Shown here in pieces: positions 57,421 to 64,000 of a stretch of 64,000 nt of DNA. The notes under the pieces are model-generated. The model did not search any database, had not been told where the DNA came from, and saw only the letters and a program-made list of their open reading frames with translations. A program made the position numbers and the translations under genes. The number at the start of each line of letters is the position of its first letter. The first letter of the stretch is position 1. Origin of the DNA: Planctomycetota bacterium (lineage in GTDB: Bacteria; Planctomycetota; PLA2; JAEUHO01); contig CBDCTJ010000003.1 in the NCBI GenBank assembly GCA_965222115.1, positions 64,001-128,000 of the forward strand, read 5' to 3'.

Positions 57421-58743
57421 ATGCGCCCCTTCATCATTCTCAGGCCTACGTTCCGTCGATTCGCTTGGATATGCGCATGCGTCGCGGCAGCCACGCTCAC
57501 GCCTCGAGGGGTCCTCGCCCATCCCCATACCACGCCCGCACCCGTCAATGTCTACGTGGAAATCACAAAGGACATCATCCACTCCACCGTGACGGTGGAT
57601 GAGCCGCTGTTTCGCGCCTGGGTGGGTCGAGAGGGTTCGGGGGAGGAGCCCAACAAGGAGGATGCGCAGTCGTTCGTGCAAAAGCACGCACCGGTGAAAG
57701 TAGGCGACGTTGAAGTGACCCCGCGTGTGGAACAAGTTCAGATGCTTCCCGCGTTTCGCCCCATTGATCCGACGCAACCTGAAGTGCCGGAACGCTACAT
57801 GGTGCATGTGCGCTATCCACTGTCCGTTGCAGAGATGCCGCCTGAGATTCACTTTTCGTGGGACCGATTTGATGGCGTGGATTGGGAAGGATCCGTACAA
57901 GTTCCAATCACGCTGAAGAGCCCCGGCAACTTCGCGGACAATCTGTTTTCGCCGATCGATCCGCACTACACCTGGCGCGCCAGTGAACACAAGCCGCGTC
58001 CGGTTCGCGACGTCGCGCATGTCGAAGCCAAGCCCCCCGAGCGCTGGACCATTCCGATGGCGCCCATCTTCGTCATCCTGGCACTGCTCGCCGTGCGGTG
58101 GCTCCCGATACTTCGACGTGCGGGGACACCGCTACGCGCATCCGTTGTTGCCAGTTCGATGGCCGCCGCTGCGTTGCTGTGGGCACCGCTGACCCTGTCG
58201 ATCGTCGCGCCGGGAAGCGCTGGCTCGGTCCTACCAACGGCCGAAGAAGCCAAGGTGATCTTCGAGCAACTCCTCGACAATGTATACGCGGCGTTTGATG
58301 CCGACGACGAAGACGCCATTTACGATCGCCTCGCCCTGAGTATTGATGGCGCGCTCATCAACGACGTGTATGCGGAGGTCTACGAGAGCCGAATCATGCG
58401 CAACAACAGCGGCGTGATCGTGGTCATCGATTCTGTGGATCACGACGACCGCCACATCGATATTCCCGAAGCGGTGTGGAAACGCCATTTCGATGTCATT
58501 TGGTCGTGGCGCGTTCACGGTTCAATTACACATCTGGGCCACACACACAAGCGAACCAACTTCTACCGCGCAGAGTTCACCGTGCGACACACGGGCGACG
58601 CGTGGAAGATCGCTTCGCAGAAGATTTTTTCGCATAAGCGGGAGGACACGGACGTGTATCCCGAAGGCCAGGCTCCCAAGGATCTCAAACCAAGCGACGC
58701 CCCCACCGTAAAGACGCCGATCATGGGTGGATCACCCAAATAG
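57421..58743 (+). CDS. Hypothetical membrane/exported protein with His motifs
   Basis: Signal peptide then AHPH; two TM helices; WRVHGSITHLGHTHKRTN. Confidence 0.7.
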   Translation: MRPFIILRPTFRRFAWICACVAAATLTPRGVLAHPHTTPAPVNVYVEITKDIIHSTVTVDEPLFRAWVGREGSGEEPNKEDAQSFVQKHAPVKVGDVEVTPRVEQVQMLPAFRPIDPTQPEVPERYMVHVRYPLSVAEMPPEIHFSWDRFDGVDWEGSVQVPITLKSPGNFADNLFSPIDPHYTWRASEHKPRPVRDVAHVEAKPPERWTIPMAPIFVILALLAVRWLPILRRAGTPLRASVVASSMAAAALLWAPLTLSIVAPGSAGSVLPTAEEAKVIFEQLLDNVYAAFDADDEDAIYDRLALSIDGALINDVYAEVYESRIMRNNSGVIVVIDSVDHDDRHIDIPEAVWKRHFDVIWSWRVHGSITHLGHTHKRTNFYRAEFTVRHTGDAWKIASQKIFSHKREDTDVYPEGQAPKDLKPSDAPTVKTPIMGGSPK

Positions 58744-59493
58744 ATGGTTACGGAGTCGCACACCACGGAGCTGACACCGCGAGATCGCGTCTCGTCGCAT
58801 ATCTCTGTATCCAATCTTGTGTGGACCTACCCCAAGGATCGACTTGATTTTGAACTGCGTGTTCCAGTGCTTGACGTGTTGCCGGGAACGAGCACAGCCT
58901 GCACGGGACCCAGCGGATCCGGGAAGAGCACGCTGTTGCAGATTGTTGCTGGCATCCTTTGGCCTGCTCAGGGTCGTGTCGTGGTGGGGCCGCTGGATCT
59001 CTCCGCAGACGCCTCGCCTGCGCCCAGCGACGCCACGCGACGCGCGTTTCGCATTCAACATATTGGCATGGTCTTTCAAGAGTTCGCGCTGCTCGATCAC
59101 CTGACCGTGGAAGAGAACATCCTCCTACCCTACGCCATTCACCGTGTGCACAAGAAAACACCCGATGCCCTGAAGCGCGCCCGCGCACTTGCCGATCAAG
59201 TTGGCATCGCGAATCACCTTCACCGCTACCCAGCGTGGCTCTCGCAGGGTGAGCGCCAACGCGTCGCGGTGTGTCGTGCGGTAGTTACGCACCCGCAAGT
59301 CCTGCTGGCCGATGAACCCACGGGCAATTTGGATCCCGATACGTCGGACGTCATTGTAGAAGTCTTGCTAAACGAAGTACGCACGCGCGGTGCCTCGCTC
59401 ATCATGGCCACGCACGACGTCAGTCGCATTGCGAGTTTCGATAGTCACTTGGCGCTGGACAAAACGTCAAGGGGCGCGGAGAAGGCGACATGA
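58744..59493 (+). CDS. ABC transporter ATP-binding protein
   Basis: GPSGSGKS, LSQGERQR, ADEPTGNLD. Confidence 0.9.
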   Translation: MVTESHTTELTPRDRVSSHISVSNLVWTYPKDRLDFELRVPVLDVLPGTSTACTGPSGSGKSTLLQIVAGILWPAQGRVVVGPLDLSADASPAPSDATRRAFRIQHIGMVFQEFALLDHLTVEENILLPYAIHRVHKKTPDALKRARALADQVGIANHLHRYPAWLSQGERQRVAVCRAVVTHPQVLLADEPTGNLDPDTSDVIVEVLLNEVRTRGASLIMATHDVSRIASFDSHLALDKTSRGAEKAT

Positions 59494-60659
59494 AGGACCT
59501 CATCGGTCTTGCGTGGCGCTACATTCGCCACTATCCGCTGCGTAGTAGCCTATTGGTGCTGTGTATTGCGTTGGTGATCGTGTTGCCGCTTGCCGTGCAC
59601 CTGCTCATGGGACGCTACGAACAATCGATTCGCGGTCGTGCCGAGGCAACCCCGCTCGTTGCGGGCGCCGTGGGGAGCCGTTACGACCTCGTACTCAACT
59701 CGCTCTACTTTGCCGGACGGGTACCGCGCGCAATGTCCATGGCAGATGTGAAGGCGCTGGATACTCGCAAACCGGGAACCGTGGTGCCACTTCTCATTCG
59801 TCACCGTGCGAGTGACCATGCCATCGTGGGCACCACGCTTGACTACATGCGCGCGCGCGGCGTCACGGTTGCGAATGGTCGCGGATTGCGGGTACTGGGC
59901 GACTGTGTACTGGGTAGTGAGGTCGCACGTTCACTATCGCTTGGACCGGGCGATCACATTTTGTCGGATCGGAATCACTTGTACCGATTTGGTATGGAGT
60001 ATCCACTGCGAATGCGCGTCGTGGGTGTGCTCAGCCCCACGCACGGACCGGATGACCACGCAGTCTTTACCGACATCAAAACGACGTGGGTCATGGAGGG
60101 CATCGGGCACGGACACGAGGCCGGCGAAGATCAACCCACGGACCGCGCCTCCAAGGACGCGAATGGCCAGTGGGTGTTCAATGCCGAAGCGGTGGAGTAC
60201 ACCGAGATCGACCCCAACAATGTGGACCGCTTTCACTTCCATGGCGATCCAAGCACGTTTCCGGTCACGGCCGTGTTGTTGTGGCCACGCAACGATCGCG
60301 AGGCGACGATCGTGCAGGGCAAGTTTCGGTCGCATCAACGAATACAGTTGCTCGCACCGTCGGGCGTGATGGCGGAGATCTTGGGCCTGGTGTCCTCGCT
60401 CAAGACGTTCTTGGATGCGAATCTCCTGCTCGTGCTGCTCGCGTGTGCGCTATTTCTCGCACTGATCGTCTTGCTCACGCTTCGCGTGCGGGCGCGAGAG
60501 ATGGATACGTTGTATAAGCTCGGGTGCGCAAAGAACACGCAGGCCAAGCTCATTAGCCTTGAGTTGTTGATCCTGATTGGGGCGGGAATAGCAGTAGGAT
60601 TGCTTCTTGCCTTGGGAGCTAGTGCATGGATAGCCGGACAACTACCCCTAAGTCTCTAG
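59490..60659 (+). CDS. ABC transporter permease (MacB/FtsX type)
   Basis: 1+3 TM topology with large periplasmic loop; HGH and HFH motifs. Confidence 0.8.
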   Translation: MKDLIGLAWRYIRHYPLRSSLLVLCIALVIVLPLAVHLLMGRYEQSIRGRAEATPLVAGAVGSRYDLVLNSLYFAGRVPRAMSMADVKALDTRKPGTVVPLLIRHRASDHAIVGTTLDYMRARGVTVANGRGLRVLGDCVLGSEVARSLSLGPGDHILSDRNHLYRFGMEYPLRMRVVGVLSPTHGPDDHAVFTDIKTTWVMEGIGHGHEAGEDQPTDRASKDANGQWVFNAEAVEYTEIDPNNVDRFHFHGDPSTFPVTAVLLWPRNDREATIVQGKFRSHQRIQLLAPSGVMAEILGLVSSLKTFLDANLLLVLLACALFLALIVLLTLRVRAREMDTLYKLGCAKNTQAKLISLELLILIGAGIAVGLLLALGASAWIAGQLPLSL

Positions 60660-61555
60660 TCGATGCATTCGGCGCTTGGATCGCCGCCTTCGCTTCGTTC
60701 TTGTTGGCCATAACGATGACCGGGTGCAGTGATCGACCTGACGACCCCACGCCTCGCGCCATGTCGATCGACGGACCCGTGCACGTCGTAGCCAACCTGC
60801 CTCCTTACGCGAGCCTTGTTTCAATGATCGGCGGAGACAGTGTTCGCGTTCATACGCTTCGTGCAGCGGGAGACACGACGCACGGAACCTGGAAGCCAAC
60901 CGACGACGACTACAAAGCACTGGACGCAGCCCACCTCATTGTGGTGCTTGGACCGGCCTTTGATGGTTGGCTTTCGTTTACGTCACTTCCCGAATCCAGC
61001 GTTTTGCACTTGGCCGAGTCAATCAAGGGCGACGAGGTCCTAATTGAGGACGAAGCGCCGCATCGCCACGGCATGGGTGCCGCGCATTCACACTACGTAT
61101 TGGATCCCCATATCTGGTTTGATCCCCTGTTGTTTATGAAACATGCAGCTGCTATTACGGACGCGCTCGCCGATCGGCTACCGAAACATGCTGCATTGTT
61201 TCGCGGGCGGCTCGAACAGATCCGCGGAAGACTTCAGGCGGTCCACGAAACACTTAAGACCGTTGTGTGGCCAAAGAACACGGCAGTCTACAGCTTATCG
61301 CCGGCGTACCGTTACTTGGCAAAGCGGTATGGATGGACATGGAACCTTCTGGCAACGGATCGGGAGCAGCGTAGCAAGCAACTACAAGCCACAACACCTG
61401 CCGTTGTCGTCGTAGACCCTTCCGCAGAACGTATTGCTGCCGATGGCAAGTCGCTTCTCATGCGATCGATGCCGAGTCCCACGACGAACACCGACATTGT
61501 GACGTTTCTGGAGCACGCGGCAGACCAATGGGTCGAGGCGTCCAAGCGGTCATGA
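60626..61555 (+). CDS. Metal ABC substrate-binding lipoprotein (ZnuA/TroA family)
   Basis: MTGC lipobox, His-rich loop HRHGMGAAHSH, DPHIWFDP. Confidence 0.8.
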   Translation: MDSRTTTPKSLVDAFGAWIAAFASFLLAITMTGCSDRPDDPTPRAMSIDGPVHVVANLPPYASLVSMIGGDSVRVHTLRAAGDTTHGTWKPTDDDYKALDAAHLIVVLGPAFDGWLSFTSLPESSVLHLAESIKGDEVLIEDEAPHRHGMGAAHSHYVLDPHIWFDPLLFMKHAAAITDALADRLPKHAALFRGRLEQIRGRLQAVHETLKTVVWPKNTAVYSLSPAYRYLAKRYGWTWNLLATDREQRSKQLQATTPAVVVVDPSAERIAADGKSLLMRSMPSPTTNTDIVTFLEHAADQWVEASKRS

Positions 61556-63106
61556 CGTCGATTCCAGGCGCCGTTCGCGCGTCGATTGCTCGCCAAATCG
61601 AAACGCGGGGCCTGTAGATCCATCCCCTTGCAACGCGGGAACGTGCATGACGAATGTGGCGCCCTCTCCTTGTTCGCTGTCCGCGAATATCTCACCCCCG
61701 TGCGAGTGCACGATGCGTTCGCAGATCGTGAGGCCAATGCCCGTACCCTCATATTTGTCACGTCCGTGGAGGCGGCCAAACATGGAGAAGATCTGGGCAG
61801 CGTACTTGGGTTCAAACCCTATCCCATTGTCTTTCACGCGAATCGTCCAACCGTTGTTGCCGCCCTCTTGATATGCCTCAGCGCTGATTCGAATGTGTGG
61901 CGCGCGGTCGCTGTGACGAAACTTAATCGCGTTTTCGACTAGATTGATGAACAATTGAACGAGTTGAGACGGTACCCCCGCGATCGTGGGCAGGTCTGAG
62001 ACGTGAAGCGTGGCGTCCTCTGCGACCATGCGTTCACCCAGCTCCGTGCGAGCCTCGTCTACGATCTCGTTGAGATCGACGGCTTCAAATGCTGCACCGG
62101 CACGCGAAACCCGTGCGAGTGCCAATAGATCGTCAATCAGCCGACGTGCACGCGAGGCCGCCGAGTGCGCGCGATCCAAATAGTCTCGACCGCGATCGTC
62201 CAGCCGATCTTGGTAGTCGGATACCAATCGACTGGAAAAAGCCTGAATCTTGCGCAACGGCTCCTGCAAATCGTGGCTCGCCGCATAGGCAAACTCTTCG
62301 AGTGCGCGGTTGCTTCGGAGCAAGTCCTGATTGCGCCCCCGTACTTCTTGCTCGGCCCGCGCGCGTTCGCCCGCCTCCAGGCGTAGCTCCTCGTTAATGC
62401 GCGCCAAAGCCTGTTCACTCGCCCGCAACTCGGCCTCACGGGCATCGCGTTCTTGAAGTGCGTTACCTAGCGCATTGACTGAATTCGCTAGACGACGAAG
62501 CTCGGGCGCGGCCGTCACGCGAAGCGGTTTGGCCATGCGGCCTTGAGTAAGCTCCGATAGCCCCCGGTCAATTTGAATCACGGGACGCGACGTGAGCAAG
62601 TGCGTCAGCACGGCAATCAATGCGCCCGTGCCCAACATGCCGAAAAACGTCGCAACCTGTAGCCGTTGTGCGTGCCGAGCGATGCGGGCACGCTGGGGCG
62701 CCATGTTCCAGGTTGCCACTGTGGAACCGAATGTCTCCGTGCTGATGGCGATGGGTGTACGCGAGACGAAAACGTCGGTTGCCCCGGCCGCATCGGATCG
62801 AATCCATGTAGCCAACTCCGTGCCATCGCGGTTGTGCACGGAGAGTCTGCTCAAATCGCGCAGTACGCGACCACTTTCTTCCACGACCGTTTCAAGGCCA
62901 AGCGCATCCTCGCGCACTACGGCTTCGACCGACGTGGCCGCCATGAGCGCCGTCAACTCACGACTCTGTTCCAGCAACTGGGATTCGAGGTACTGCGTCT
63001 CGGCGTCCCGTACAAACCGACCCAAGAGGAAGGCCGCGATGACGCTACAGAGTGCTACGGCGAGTATGATCTGCAACCACAGGGGCATTGCTCGCAAGGC
63101 ATTCAA
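61550..63106 (-). CDS. Sensor histidine kinase (2 TM, HAMP, HisKA, HATPase)
   Basis: AASHDLQEPLRKI, NLVENAIKF, DNGIG, GTGIGL. Confidence 0.92.
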   Translation of the reverse strand: MNALRAMPLWLQIILAVALCSVIAAFLLGRFVRDAETQYLESQLLEQSRELTALMAATSVEAVVREDALGLETVVEESGRVLRDLSRLSVHNRDGTELATWIRSDAAGATDVFVSRTPIAISTETFGSTVATWNMAPQRARIARHAQRLQVATFFGMLGTGALIAVLTHLLTSRPVIQIDRGLSELTQGRMAKPLRVTAAPELRRLANSVNALGNALQERDAREAELRASEQALARINEELRLEAGERARAEQEVRGRNQDLLRSNRALEEFAYAASHDLQEPLRKIQAFSSRLVSDYQDRLDDRGRDYLDRAHSAASRARRLIDDLLALARVSRAGAAFEAVDLNEIVDEARTELGERMVAEDATLHVSDLPTIAGVPSQLVQLFINLVENAIKFRHSDRAPHIRISAEAYQEGGNNGWTIRVKDNGIGFEPKYAAQIFSMFGRLHGRDKYEGTGIGLTICERIVHSHGGEIFADSEQGEGATFVMHVPALQGDGSTGPAFRFGEQSTRERRLESTS

Positions 63107-64000
63107 CGGGACGATTTCCCGTCAAAAAACGCATCGTTACTTTCCATGGCTTCCCGTATCGGCTGATAGAGACCCGTGTTGCCTTCCACGAAACCGGTGG
63201 CGCCCAACGCTTTGAGTGCGACCGGGCCTTGGAACTCGCGAAACACTTTGCGCATGGCCGCAACCACCCGCGCATCGAGCTTGGACCTGGCGACCCATGG
63301 CTTGGTCACGTTATCGAAGCGATGCAAGACGCGAAGCTCGCGGCCCTTTGCCACGAGCTTCTTAAACGTCCCTTCCTTCAGCGCGCCGGCGTCGTATTCG
63401 CGGGAGGCCACGGCAATGCCGACACGGTCGTGACGACCGAGGTATTCATGCCCGGCAAGATCGCGCTTGAATATGCCATGCTTGACAAGTTCATGCTGCG
63501 CCAGGTAACGACCGATCGTGGACATCTCGTCACCAAATGCAAATCGCTTGCCCTTGAGATCGGCGATCGTTTTGATCTCGCTCTTGGGGTGCACCGCAAT
63601 GACGCCGCTAAACGTTGTCTTGCCCTTCTTCGTCTCCACGGCCAACAGGTGAAGTCCCGGATTGTCACGTGTCGCCTCGACAAAGGACGCGGGGCCTAAG
63701 CGTGAAAAATCAACGCTCCCTTCAACCAGTGCGGAAACACCTTTGCGATAGGTCGGCGCCACCTCGGAGCGAATGGTCACGTTCTCTCCGAGTAACTCGG
63801 ACAATCGAGTCTGGAGCACATCCAAGGTGGGGCGAAACTGCTTGATGACAACACTAACTTTGTCGGTGGCGTACACGCCAAACACGATTGCACGCGATGG
63901 CCGATTCGTATTCGTGGCCTGATTTGATGCCGACTCCCCCTTCTCACTGGCAGTCGTTGTCTGGGCATCTCCGTTGCCACAAGCAGTCAAGACAAGTGAC
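63103..64000 (-). CDS. PhnD/SsuA-family substrate-binding lipoprotein (5' end outside window)
   Basis: LTAC lipobox, DLKGKRFAFGDEMSTIG, GRHDRV...DAGA. Confidence 0.8.
   Translation of the reverse strand, partial: SLVLTACGNGDAQTTTASEKGESASNQATNTNRPSRAIVFGVYATDKVSVVIKQFRPTLDVLQTRLSELLGENVTIRSEVAPTYRKGVSALVEGSVDFSRLGPASFVEATRDNPGLHLLAVETKKGKTTFSGVIAVHPKSEIKTIADLKGKRFAFGDEMSTIGRYLAQHELVKHGIFKRDLAGHEYLGRHDRVGIAVASREYDAGALKEGTFKKLVAKGRELRVLHRFDNVTKPWVARSKLDARVVAAMRKVFREFQGPVALKALGATGFVEGNTGLYQPIREAMESNDAFFDGKSSR

Overview
GC-rich bacterial chromosomal window. The gene families (HEAT+vWA, carboxypeptidase-regulatory-like repeat proteins, large PurL) suggest a Planctomycetota lineage, by inference. 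Housekeeping content: addA/addB-like helicase-nuclease, fabH, accA, purL/purQ, rpmE2-prfA-X-prmC, nfeD-nfeD-floA, lolD/lolC-E and a stand-alone rplC. Accessory content: a hemopexin-repeat gene flanked by repeat DNA; an intact group II intron (16878-18801) whose EBS1 pairs with a 9-bp-period repeat; a 10-gene type II FAS/PKS cluster with an extended, zinc-ribbon-fused ACP; a metal ABC system; and a PhnD-like/sensor kinase pair. The strongest hidden signals are recoding events that the ORF track splits or truncates. (1) Two adjacent genes each carry one in-frame TGA followed by a SECIS-like hairpin: a secreted UxxC thioredoxin (55769-56755) and a small 3-TM membrane protein (56768-57130), which look like a tandem selenoprotein module. 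(2) The conserved N-terminus of prmC has no ATG/GTG/TTG start and begins in frame immediately after the TAA of the upstream gene. All calls come from reading motifs by eye; no database searches were run.
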